A stretch of 64,000 bases of DNA from an uncultured Gammaproteobacteria bacterium (GCA_964383765.1 CAYLHT010000001.1:100998-164997), one strand, 5' to 3'; counted from the stretch's first letter, positions 9,933-17,576 are shown. Numbers and translations: made by a program. The notes: a model not told the origin generated them from the sequence alone.

Positions 9933-10304
9933 AGACTAATAAGCATTGCTATTTTACGCGTCCAATTTCACTTATGTCAACTTAGATTTGGCAAAGAACA
10001 GCAGATTGGGAAAGGACGCTATTTCGTATTAAATTGATGTCATGTTCAAAAGAACATCAATCTCCAAACAAACTTACCTTTGCGTAATCAGGCAAATTTC
10101 CCTAAACTAGTTCGGCGTATGGAAGACCGGCACATAAAAAAGGACCTTCTACACATACTACTACTGGTAGTTTTTGTAAGCGTCTCACTCGCCATTATCA
10201 GATACTTCGACAGCAAAAATCATTTTACGACTCAAATTGTTTCAAAGTTAATAAAATCACTCTAGTTTAGGTTTTACGACACGTGGAACACTGTTCCTCA
10301 ACTC

Positions 10305-10346
10305 GCCCCTGTAGCTCAACGGATAGACCTGCCCGCCATTGCCTGA
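10305..10346 (+). pseudogene. Degenerate tRNA-Arg-like 5' fragment (acceptor 5' strand plus D-arm), 'outer' gene split by an inserted hairpin-tRNA
   Basis: GCCCCTG-TA-GCTCAACGGATAGAC resembles the 5' end of a tRNA-Arg. Its 7-nt acceptor strand is exactly complementary to CAGGGGC at 10479-10485. Confidence 0.4.
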
Positions 10347-10419
10347 GCCCCCATAGTTCAATTGGATAGAACGGCCCCGTCCTAAGGGGCAAAACTTGGT
10401 TCGAATCCAGGTGGGGGCA
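10347..10419 (+). tRNA. tRNA-Arg (anticodon CCT)
   Basis: Manual cloverleaf: acceptor GCCCCCA/TGGGGGC, D-arm GTTC..GAAC, anticodon stem GCCCC/GGGGC with loop GTCCTAA, T-arm CTTGG-TTCGAAT-CCAGG. No encoded CCA. Confidence 0.8.
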
Positions 10420-10433
10420 CTGGCGAAGGCAGG

Positions 10434-10488
10434 CGGGGCAATCCCGTCCTAAGGGAGAGATAGAGGTTCAATTCCTTTCAGGGGCACC
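10434..10488 (+). pseudogene. Degenerate tRNA-Arg-like 3' fragment (anticodon arm CCT, T-arm, acceptor 3' strand, ACC)
   Basis: TCCC-GTCCTAA-GGGA anticodon hairpin, T-arm AGAGG-TTCAATT-CCTTT, then CAGGGGC-A-CC complementary to the 5' fragment at 10305-10311. Confidence 0.4.
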
Positions 10489-10522
10489 GGTATAAGATTT
10501 AAGATTAAAGTTATAAGTATTT

Positions 10523-10598
10523 GGGCCCTTAGCTCACTTGGTAGAGCGCTTCCATGGCATGGAAGAGGTAACCGGTTCGATCCCGGTAGGGTCCACCA
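10523..10598 (+). tRNA. tRNA-Ala (anticodon GGC)
   Basis: Acceptor GGGCCCT/AGGGTCC with a G3:U70 pair, anticodon loop ATGGCAT, T-arm ACCGG-TTCGATC-CCGGT, CCA encoded. Confidence 0.85.
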
Positions 10599-10621
10599 AG
10601 GTTAGCCAAAAAAAGAGGTTA

Positions 10622-10716
10622 ATTGAAATGTTCCACGTGGAACACTTGAAAGTTTTTAAATGTTCCTCGCGGAACAGTGTAAAATTTGTTAATGTTCCTC
10701 GCGGAACACTAGATTT
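10622..10716. promoter_or_regulatory. Array of three 17-nt palindromic units TGTTCC(A/T)CG(T/C)GGAACA(C/G) separated by 15-nt AT-rich spacers; a fourth related copy lies at 10281-10298
   Basis: TGTTCCACGTGGAACAC, TGTTCCTCGCGGAACAG and TGTTCCTCGCGGAACAC recur at about 31-32 bp periodicity between tRNA-Ala(GGC) and tRNA-Ala(CGC). They overlap candidate -35/-10 elements (TTGAAA, TTGTTA...TAGATT). Confidence 0.5.
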
Positions 10717-10745
10717 GGGCCTGTAGCTCATCTGCTAGGCTTGCG
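10717..10745 (+). pseudogene. Degenerate tRNA-Ala-like 5' fragment (acceptor with G3, D-arm remnant), 'outer' gene
   Basis: GGGCCTG-TA-GCTCATCTGCTAGGC is tRNA-like. Its acceptor pairs with CAGGTCA at 10879-10885, including G3:U70. Confidence 0.45.
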
Positions 10746-10853
10746 TCCAGCCCCACTTCTGAAGGGCCATTAGCTCAGTTGGCAGAGCGTCGCATTCGCA
10801 TTGCGAAGGTCAGCGGTTCGAATCCGCTATGGTCCACCAGAAGTGGGGCTGGA
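10746..10853 (+). repeat. Perfect 14-bp inverted repeat (TCCAGCCCCACTTC / GAAGTGGGGCTGGA) enclosing tRNA-Ala(CGC)
   Basis: The left arm 10746-10759 and right arm 10840-10853 are exact reverse complements. The loop is TGAA plus the 76-nt tRNA. Confidence 0.8.
10764..10839 (+). tRNA. tRNA-Ala (anticodon CGC)
   Basis: Acceptor GGGCCAT/ATGGTCC with G3:U70, anticodon stem TCGCA/TGCGA with loop TTCGCAT, T-arm AGCGG-TTCGAAT-CCGCT, CCA encoded. Confidence 0.85.
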
Positions 10854-10888
10854 AGGTAAGGGGTTCGAGTCCCCTCAGGTCAACCAAG
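10854..10888 (+). pseudogene. Degenerate tRNA-Ala-like 3' fragment (variable loop, T-arm, acceptor 3' strand, ACCA)
   Basis: AGGTA-AGGGG-TTCGAGT-CCCCT-CAGGTCA-A-CCA has a perfect T-arm but no anticodon arm. Confidence 0.45.
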
Positions 10889-10898
10889 TAATCTAGAC

Positions 10899-10919
10899 AT
10901 ATACCCCCGGGGGGTATAT
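10899..10919. promoter_or_regulatory. CsoR-type operator-like palindrome ATATACCCCC-G-GGGGGTATAT; may also act as terminator hairpin of the tRNA operon, as a T5 run follows
   Basis: A 10-bp perfect inverted repeat matching the GC-core/AT-flank architecture of CsoR/CstR family operators (ATACCC...GGGTAT). It lies about 180 bp upstream of the CsoR-family gene at 11098. Confidence 0.45.
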
Positions 10920-11097
10920 AATGTTTTTATGCGTCCCGTTAGAGATTTTTCAAAACAATCTGCCTTTGAATCGACAACGACCCTGCATCGACAGAGCCCC
11001 TTGAGATGTATACATACGCAGGTCTTTCAGAAGCATGACTAGCACGTCAATTTTTCCATGACCGGACAACTATTTAGTAACGTCAATCTCTAACGGG

Positions 11098-11349
11098 ATG
11101 CGTCGCGCATCACGAACCATCTCAGCTCGGATCCATAAGCTTTCCGGTCAACTCTTGGCGGTAGAGAAAATGCTGTCTGAGCGACGGGAATGTTCTGATG
11201 TTCTCAATCAACTGAGTGCGGTCCGCGCTGGTTTAGAACATGTCGCGCTCATCGTGTTTCAAAAAGAACTTCAACGCCTAGCCAGTAAAAAGGCTTTAAC
11301 CCTGAATGACGTTCAACGTTTATCCGAAACATTTAGTAAAACGACATAA
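11098..11349 (+). CDS. Metal/thiol-sensing transcriptional repressor, CsoR/RcnR/FrmR family (DUF156)
   Basis: 83 aa with RIHKLSGQLLAVEKMLSERRECSDVLNQLSAVRAGLEHVALIVFQ, aligning to the CsoR helix-bundle core. Only the first conserved Cys (ECSDVL) is present. Confidence 0.7.
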   Translation: MRRASRTISARIHKLSGQLLAVEKMLSERRECSDVLNQLSAVRAGLEHVALIVFQKELQRLASKKALTLNDVQRLSETFSKTT

Positions 11350-11350
11350 C

Positions 11351-11677
11351 ATGGCAAAAATCATTGTCAACGATCAGAATTTTCAGCAAGAAGTCTTGGA
11401 AGAGAAAACGAAACCAGTCCTCGTGGATTTTTGGGCAGTCTGGTGTTATCCATGTCGGACACAGGGTCCGATCGTCGACGAGTTGGCGAACGATCTCGGC
11501 GACAAAGTGAAAGTTGCAAAAATTGAAGTCGATGAAAGCCCGGAAGTGTCGCAGAAATACAACATTCTCTCGATTCCAACACTAGCCATTTTTAAAAACG
11601 GTGAAATGGTGTGGCAAGGAGTCGGCGTTCATCAAAAGCCAGTGCTCCAACAGGAGTTGAGTAAACATTTGGCCTAA
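11351..11677 (+). CDS. trxA: Thioredoxin (atypical WCYPC active site)
   Basis: MAKIIVNDQNFQQEVLEEKTKPVLVDFWAVWCYPCR... has the thioredoxin fold pattern. The ATG lies immediately after the upstream stop. Confidence 0.8.
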   Translation: MAKIIVNDQNFQQEVLEEKTKPVLVDFWAVWCYPCRTQGPIVDELANDLGDKVKVAKIEVDESPEVSQKYNILSIPTLAIFKNGEMVWQGVGVHQKPVLQQELSKHLA

Positions 11678-11678
11678 C

Positions 11679-12668
11679 GTGAAGCCGGTCCAGGATGTGA
11701 TTGTGGTTGGAGCCGGCCCGGCCGGGTTAACGGCCGCGCTGTATGCAGCGCGCCGCGGCTTAAGCGTCGTGGTCTTGTCGCAAGACATTGGCGGCCAAGC
11801 CTCAACCACAGCGGAAATTGAAAACTATCCAGGCGTCGATCCGATCGACGGCTTAGAGCTGATGACGAGGTTCCAGCGCCAAGCCGAGCGGGCCGGCGCG
11901 CAGGTGCGGATTGAAGAAGTCATCCAGATCGAAAAGGATGACAACGGTTTTACGGTTAAAACTCATTTGGGTGACTACCAGTCCCAAACAGTGATTTTAG
12001 CGTATGGCCTGACGCATCGACATTTAGATATTCCAGGAGAAGAAAAATTTTCCGGGCGGGGTGTGTCGTATTGTGCGACGTGTGATGCACCCTTGTTTAA
12101 GGGCAAACCGACCGTGGTGGTTGGCGGCGGCAACTCGGCTATGGACGCGGCGCTACTGCTTTCGAACTTCAGTCCACATGTCACCATCATTACGCACCAC
12201 TCGGAATTTCACGGCGAGCGTGTGTTGATTGACCAATTAGCTGCGACGCCCAACCTGAAGATTTACACCAACGCGAAAGCCTTGCGGATTAATGGCGAGA
12301 AGAGTCTGGAATCAATTGAGATTGAACATGGTGGACAACCGGTCACCATTCCAACCGCCGGTGTGTTTGTAGAAATCGGTTACACCGTCAATCCGAAACT
12401 CGTAAAAGATATTACTGATCTCGACGAGCGGCACCAAATTGTGATCGATCCACAGACGAATGGCACCAGCGTGCCGGGCTTATTCGCGGCCGGAGACGTG
12501 ACGACGATCGCCCAGAAACAAATCGTGATCTCGGCCGGCGAAGGCGCGAAGGCCGCGCTCAGCGCACACCAGTATCTGCAATCACTTGGGCACGTACCAG
12601 TGGCGGGAAAAGTTGACTGGGGACGGAAAACGCCGATGCGCTATCAATCGTCGCATGACAAAAACTGA
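11679..12668 (+). CDS. trxB: Thioredoxin-disulfide reductase
   Basis: 329 aa with the FAD motif VIVVGAGPAGLTAALYAAR, the redox-active CATCDA and the NADPH motif GGGNSA. Confidence 0.9.
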   Translation: MKPVQDVIVVGAGPAGLTAALYAARRGLSVVVLSQDIGGQASTTAEIENYPGVDPIDGLELMTRFQRQAERAGAQVRIEEVIQIEKDDNGFTVKTHLGDYQSQTVILAYGLTHRHLDIPGEEKFSGRGVSYCATCDAPLFKGKPTVVVGGGNSAMDAALLLSNFSPHVTIITHHSEFHGERVLIDQLAATPNLKIYTNAKALRINGEKSLESIEIEHGGQPVTIPTAGVFVEIGYTVNPKLVKDITDLDERHQIVIDPQTNGTSVPGLFAAGDVTTIAQKQIVISAGEGAKAALSAHQYLQSLGHVPVAGKVDWGRKTPMRYQSSHDKN

Positions 12669-13077
12669 AACGATTCAGGTGGCGGTGGCGGTGATTCGTA
12701 ATCAGGCCGGAAAAATTTTTTTGCAACAACGTTGCGATCCCGATTTTGCGGAGGCGGATAGCATTTGGGAATTTCCGGGCGGTGGCATCGACGCTGGTGA
12801 AACGAAAGATCAGGCACTACTTCGCGAGTGCCAAGAAGAAATCGATTGCGAAGTTACTATCAAGCGCTGGTTACCGTTAAGGCAAACGAACCACTGGATC
12901 AAAGCAGATGGAACACCGGTCACGGCCTACGTTGAATGCGCTGAGGTCGAGATTGCCACTGGTTCTCCCCGGGCAGCCAATGCTGAAGTCGGGGAACTGG
13001 GATGGTTCACCAAGGAGCAAATTTCAACCATGCCCGTTTTACCCGGCATCCCAAAATTTATCGACTGTCTAGATTGA
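12655..13077 (+). CDS. NUDIX hydrolase
   Basis: Nudix box GGGIDAGETKDQALLRECQEEIDCEV. The start is chosen at ATG 12655 (MTKTETIQVAV), overlapping the trxB end. Confidence 0.75.
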   Translation: MTKTETIQVAVAVIRNQAGKIFLQQRCDPDFAEADSIWEFPGGGIDAGETKDQALLRECQEEIDCEVTIKRWLPLRQTNHWIKADGTPVTAYVECAEVEIATGSPRAANAEVGELGWFTKEQISTMPVLPGIPKFIDCLD

Positions 13078-13081
13078 AACC

Positions 13082-14308
13082 ATGACGAACCCATTCCATT
13101 CAGCCTTAACCCAACTCGATACCGCCGCAACGACTATCAAACTTGATCAGCGTTTACTTGATATTCTGCGGCAACCGCAGCGGATTTTAGAATTCACGAT
13201 TCCGGTTGAAATGGATAGTGGAAAAACGCGAGTGTTCACTGGCTATCGCGTTCAGTACAACAACGCCCGCGGTCCATACAAAGGCGGCATCCGATTTCAC
13301 CCGGAAACGAATTTGGATGAGGTCAAAGCCTTGGCCTTTTGGATGACGATGAAGTGCGCCATAGTCGGCATTCCATATGGCGGTGGCAAAGGCGGGGTGA
13401 CCGTCAATCCAAAGCAACTGTCCAAAACCGAACTTGAGCAGTTATCGCGAGGCTGGGTGAAAGCCATGTTTCCAAACCTTGGGCCGACCGTTGATGTGCC
13501 AGCGCCCGATGTCTACACCACCCCGGAAATTATGGCGTGGATGACCGATGAATATTCGAAGTTAGTTGGGAAGCCGACACCGGCCGCATTTACCGGTAAG
13601 CCCTTGGAGCACGGCGGTTCAGAAGGCCGGATGACCTCAACCAGCCAAGGCGGCGTGTATGTGTTAGATGAAATCATGAACAAACTGGGAAATGTTCCGC
13701 GTGGAACACGCGTTTCAATTCAAGGATTCGGCAATGTCGGCGCGTTTGCCGCTAAGATTTTACACGCGGAAGACTATACCGTCGTCGCAGTCTCAGATTC
13801 AAAAGGTGGAATCATGAACACTCAGGGACTAGATGTTCCGGCTGTACTCGCGCACAAAGAGAAAACCGGCAGTTTGGCTGGGTTTCCTGGCGTAGAGAGC
13901 ATATCCAACGACGATATTCTGACCATTGATTGCGATGTGCTGATTCCAGCCGCGCTGGAGAATGTCATTACCAAAGAAAACGCAGATGCGATCAAAGCCA
14001 AAATTGTCCTCGAGCTTGCCAACGGTCCAACCGCACCCGATGCGGACGCGATTATGTTCAAGCGCGGCATTCATGTCGTGCCGGATATTCTGGCGAACGC
14101 GGGCGGCGTGACAGGTTCGTATTTCGAATGGTTGCAGAATATGCAGAATGAGCATTGGACCGAAGCGCAGGTTTGGGACAAGCTCAAACCGTTAATGATT
14201 GAAGCGTTGAATGCGACGTGGACCATGGCTCAACACCATCAAGTTAATCTTCGAACCGGCGCCTACATCGTGGCCGTGCAGCGAATTGGGGAAGCGATGC
14301 AAAAATAA
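13082..14308 (+). CDS. gdhA: Glutamate dehydrogenase (Glu/Leu/Phe/Val dehydrogenase family)
   Basis: 408 aa with KGGIRFHP...VGIPYGGGKGG and the dinucleotide motif GFGNVG. Confidence 0.9.
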   Translation: MTNPFHSALTQLDTAATTIKLDQRLLDILRQPQRILEFTIPVEMDSGKTRVFTGYRVQYNNARGPYKGGIRFHPETNLDEVKALAFWMTMKCAIVGIPYGGGKGGVTVNPKQLSKTELEQLSRGWVKAMFPNLGPTVDVPAPDVYTTPEIMAWMTDEYSKLVGKPTPAAFTGKPLEHGGSEGRMTSTSQGGVYVLDEIMNKLGNVPRGTRVSIQGFGNVGAFAAKILHAEDYTVVAVSDSKGGIMNTQGLDVPAVLAHKEKTGSLAGFPGVESISNDDILTIDCDVLIPAALENVITKENADAIKAKIVLELANGPTAPDADAIMFKRGIHVVPDILANAGGVTGSYFEWLQNMQNEHWTEAQVWDKLKPLMIEALNATWTMAQHHQVNLRTGAYIVAVQRIGEAMQK

Positions 14309-14338
14309 AAGGGCGTCCAGATTCGGACGCCAGAGTGG

Positions 14339-15190
14339 CTAGGTTGTGTGCGATGCGTTGAGCGCGGCCGGCAGGGCATCAAGCGCATAGCGGACGAAGG
14401 GGTGAAACTCCTCGAGCGTGTACCAGCGGCCTTCCACGCCATGATGAACATCCAATACTGTTTCAACCAGAGCATCCACCAAGTGCTCAACATCGGGCTG
14501 TTCCCAAGCGGGGAAATGCTTCTGCAACCGTCGAATCAGGAACAGGCGCGTCACGTGTTCAGCTCGATCTGATCGGTAGTACTGTTGCGCCACCTCGCGG
14601 AAGCACCTGGCGACTTCATCGCGGATCATCTCAACTGAGGGATGGCGAATTTCGCCAAATTGTTCGGAGGTCTTGCACTCTCGCAGGCTGCGCCTGAAGT
14701 CATCGAGGGCCTGCTGAGCGGTCGGACGCAGGTCGTAGACCTGGTGAGCATTTTCCCGCAAAACCCGACTGACACCGCCGTGGCCCAGAATGATGATCCG
14801 GCGCCCACGCTGTTTCCACGTCTGCAGGGCTGGGTTGAAATCCCGGTCACCCGACGCGAGCGCGAGGGTGGTCACCTCCGGGCATTCAGCCAGAACCCGG
14901 TGAATCACTTCCACCGCGTTGGGATCGACGGTGTCTTTCTGCTGACCCCGGCTGATGATGCGTGACTTGGGGCTGTGAATCAAGATGAAACCAGACTCAG
15001 TCAGACTCCTGGCCTCGTCCTGGTCGACCAGCGTGACGTCGACGATGACGAAAGCGAAGGCGAGTGACCCAAGGCGTACGAGGTGGCTCATCAGCCACGG
15101 ACCGAGTGCTTCGTGGTCGACCAGATGAACATTGTGTCGCATGTTCTCATAATCGACCACCGCGAAGACTTTCCCATCCTTTTTGGGCAT
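14339..15190 (-). CDS. NYN-domain (LabA-like/PIN-like) protein with C-terminal extension
   Basis: 283 aa with FAVVDYENM...ASGDRDF, the NYN acidic motifs. Confidence 0.65.
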   Translation of the reverse strand: MPKKDGKVFAVVDYENMRHNVHLVDHEALGPWLMSHLVRLGSLAFAFVIVDVTLVDQDEARSLTESGFILIHSPKSRIISRGQQKDTVDPNAVEVIHRVLAECPEVTTLALASGDRDFNPALQTWKQRGRRIIILGHGGVSRVLRENAHQVYDLRPTAQQALDDFRRSLRECKTSEQFGEIRHPSVEMIRDEVARCFREVAQQYYRSDRAEHVTRLFLIRRLQKHFPAWEQPDVEHLVDALVETVLDVHHGVEGRWYTLEEFHPFVRYALDALPAALNASHTT

Positions 15191-15312
15191 ACCCTCCTCC
15201 TCGAACGAATGTCACGACAAACTCAAGAATCAAGGTGCGGCAAGCGTTAGGTGATGTAGCAGTCTATCCGAAAATTGTCAAGGCGGTTGTACACCATGGT
15301 ATACTCGACAGC

Positions 15313-15933
15313 GTGTCACTGCCCCATCAACGCGTCGAGAAAAAATTTCGTGTCCAGGGCTACCATGTCATTGCTGGTGTCGGTGAAGCCGGCAAAGGTT
15401 CATGGGCCGGGCCGATCGTGGCCGGCGCGGTCATCTTGCCTGTTGATTTTGATCCGCAATTCGTCAACGATTCAAAAATCTTGACCGTTCGTAGACGCGA
15501 ACAGATGTTCGTGCACATCGCCCGCCACGCGGTGGCCTGGGCAGTTGGCGTCGTTCCGTCTGACTACATTGATGAGCATGGTATTCAACCGGCGAATGTC
15601 CGTGCTCTTGAACTTGCTTTGAGTCGACTGCATGTTCAACCCGAAGTCGCGTTAATCGACGCCGTCAAATTAAACTTAGAAATCCCAAGCCAATCAATTA
15701 TCGACGGCGACGCCAAGGTTTTGTCGATTGCCGCCGCGTCAATCGTCGCGAAAGTTGTGCGGGATGCGCTAATGACCGATGCCCATCGACTGTACCCAAA
15801 CTATGGATTCCATCAGCACAAAGGGTATGGCACCGCCATCCATCGAACGAGGCTCAAACGACACGGCGTCAGTCCAATCCATCGCCAGAGTTTCCGCCCA
15901 ATGAAAGACCTTAAGGTCAGGACTAATAATTAG
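15313..15933 (+). CDS. rnhB: Ribonuclease HII
   Basis: IAGVGEAGKGSWAGPIVAGAVIL matches the RNase HII DEAGRG-like N-terminal motif and the DSK region. The start is uncertain: the nearest in-frame candidate is GTG at about 15313, and the ORF is open from 15064. Confidence 0.75.
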   Translation: MSLPHQRVEKKFRVQGYHVIAGVGEAGKGSWAGPIVAGAVILPVDFDPQFVNDSKILTVRRREQMFVHIARHAVAWAVGVVPSDYIDEHGIQPANVRALELALSRLHVQPEVALIDAVKLNLEIPSQSIIDGDAKVLSIAAASIVAKVVRDALMTDAHRLYPNYGFHQHKGYGTAIHRTRLKRHGVSPIHRQSFRPMKDLKVRTNN

Positions 15934-16547
15934 CTTGAGCTTGGAACTACTTGTTGCTCGTAGTAGTGAAACGAATGCACAAGTGTACGGTAGGTGTCAT
16001 CTTCAGTGGTTGAGGGCCCAATTCCCGATCCATCTGGACCGTTTTTCTCAATTTGGAATTCACGACCAGATACCTCGATGTAGGTGACAGCATGGGTTGA
16101 CGACTGCAAATAGCAAATTTGTCCCGCGAACTTCCCGGGGCAGATCATTGATTTTCCCTCAGCTGTTTCCCGATCCGACTTACGTTGGGCGGCGTTGGTA
16201 ATGGCAATGACGGAACGAGTGACGCTATAACTAGCGTCGCCAAAATCAAATTGCCATTCATCGTCAAGCCCTTGGGGATTCTCTGTCAGTTGGGCGCTGG
16301 TTGGATGCGCAAACGAATACCCGACACTCGGATCAGTGTCAGGGATAGTGAAGACCGTCCAGGTACTTGGAATCGAAGCGGCGACTGTGTTCGTGACCGT
16401 CGCCTGTTCGGCTGCCGCGTTCGCATTGGCTTGCGATTGTAAATTCGTAGGAGGCTTGAGATTCGGCACAATTAACGCCCAGATGACCAGGCCGGCAATG
16501 ATAATAATGACGATGATGACACCGATGACGAGCGTTCTTTTGTTCAT
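15930..16547 (-). CDS. Hypothetical membrane-anchored protein
   Basis: 205 aa with an N-terminal TM helix (LVIGVIIVIIIIAGLVIWALIV) and no recognisable domain. Confidence 0.5.
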   Translation of the reverse strand: MNKRTLVIGVIIVIIIIAGLVIWALIVPNLKPPTNLQSQANANAAAEQATVTNTVAASIPSTWTVFTIPDTDPSVGYSFAHPTSAQLTENPQGLDDEWQFDFGDASYSVTRSVIAITNAAQRKSDRETAEGKSMICPGKFAGQICYLQSSTHAVTYIEVSGREFQIEKNGPDGSGIGPSTTEDDTYRTLVHSFHYYEQQVVPSSS

Positions 16548-16668
16548 AGCATTTTTTTTGCAATTGTTGTCAAACGTAACCCCATGGTTAGGTTATCAAG
16601 TTTAGGATAATTAAACAATCTCGATACTTGGTCTATGAAAAATCCAAAAAAAGCGATAAACTGCAGGT

Positions 16669-17217
16669 ATGGCTGAATCTGGATATCTTGACCCGTCAGC
16701 ATTGATCTCGCGGCTCGGTTTAGTTCCGGGCCAAGCGGTTGGTGACTTTGGAGTTGGCGGTGCCGCCGCGTTCGTCGGCGAACTCTCAACCCGGGTTGGG
16801 GCCGAGGGAAAAGTTCTGATGTTCGACGTGCTCAAGACAGCTTTGTCGGGCGCCCTGTCCCAAGCGAAATTGAAAGGTTGGCAGAATTGTCAGGCCGTCT
16901 GGTCGAACCTGGAACTTTACGGTGCCGCCACGGGCGTCAACGATGGCAGTCTTGACGCGGGAATTCTCGTCAACGTTCTCGACCAAAGCACCAAAACGAA
17001 AGATATTATGGCTGAGGTTGGTCGGATGCTAAAGTCGAGCGCAAAATTATTGGTGGTCGATTGGAAACCGGATGTCGAACTTCCAATCGCGCCCGACACT
17101 AAGCGTCGGCTCTCTGATGCCCAGGTTGCACAAATGGGAAAGTCCCTTGGTTTTGCCATGGCTGAAACGTTTGAGGCTGGGCCGTATCACTGGGGAGTCG
17201 TGCTCGTCAAAACCTAA
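16669..17217 (+). CDS. Class I SAM-dependent methyltransferase
   Basis: 182 aa with the motif I-like VGDFGVGGAAAF and an acidic post-I region. Confidence 0.6.
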   Translation: MAESGYLDPSALISRLGLVPGQAVGDFGVGGAAAFVGELSTRVGAEGKVLMFDVLKTALSGALSQAKLKGWQNCQAVWSNLELYGAATGVNDGSLDAGILVNVLDQSTKTKDIMAEVGRMLKSSAKLLVVDWKPDVELPIAPDTKRRLSDAQVAQMGKSLGFAMAETFEAGPYHWGVVLVKT

Positions 17218-17576
17218 TGCCATCGGAGCGGCAGATATTCGGAACCGAGGCCGAACACCGCGCGGCAGATTTTTTGCAACGCAAGGGTTTTGTGATTCTC
17301 GATCGCCATGTCACCTCGCGCTACGGTGAAATTGATATTCTCGCTCAAGATGGTGATACGATAGTCGCCGTCGAAGTCAAAAGCCGTCGCAACAAATCAA
17401 AATTCGGATCGGCCGTCGAATCCGTGACCGACCTGAAACTGGAGAAACTTGAAGCGGCGCTGCACGATGTGCTCGAGAAACGAGGATGGCAAGATCGGCC
17501 GATCAGAATTGACGTCGTGACGATTGAGCCGCAGGGGATTAAGCACCTCGTCGGCGTTGGGTCGCAGGCTGAGTGA
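17217..17576 (+). CDS. yraN: YraN family endonuclease (UPF0102)
   Basis: 119 aa with AEHRAADFLQRKGFVILDRHVTSRYGEIDILAQDGDTIVAVEVKSRR, the YraN signature. Confidence 0.75.
   Translation: MPSERQIFGTEAEHRAADFLQRKGFVILDRHVTSRYGEIDILAQDGDTIVAVEVKSRRNKSKFGSAVESVTDLKLEKLEAALHDVLEKRGWQDRPIRIDVVTIEPQGIKHLVGVGSQAE

Noticed and set aside
10622-10716. Possible miniature CRISPR array (17-nt repeats, 15-nt spacers)
   Set aside because: The repeats are far shorter than any known CRISPR repeat, there are only three units, the units are themselves palindromic operator-like sites overlapping promoter elements, and there are no cas genes.
10534-10731. Two small ORFs, one on each strand
   Set aside because: They overlap tRNA-Ala(GGC) and the palindromic repeat array.
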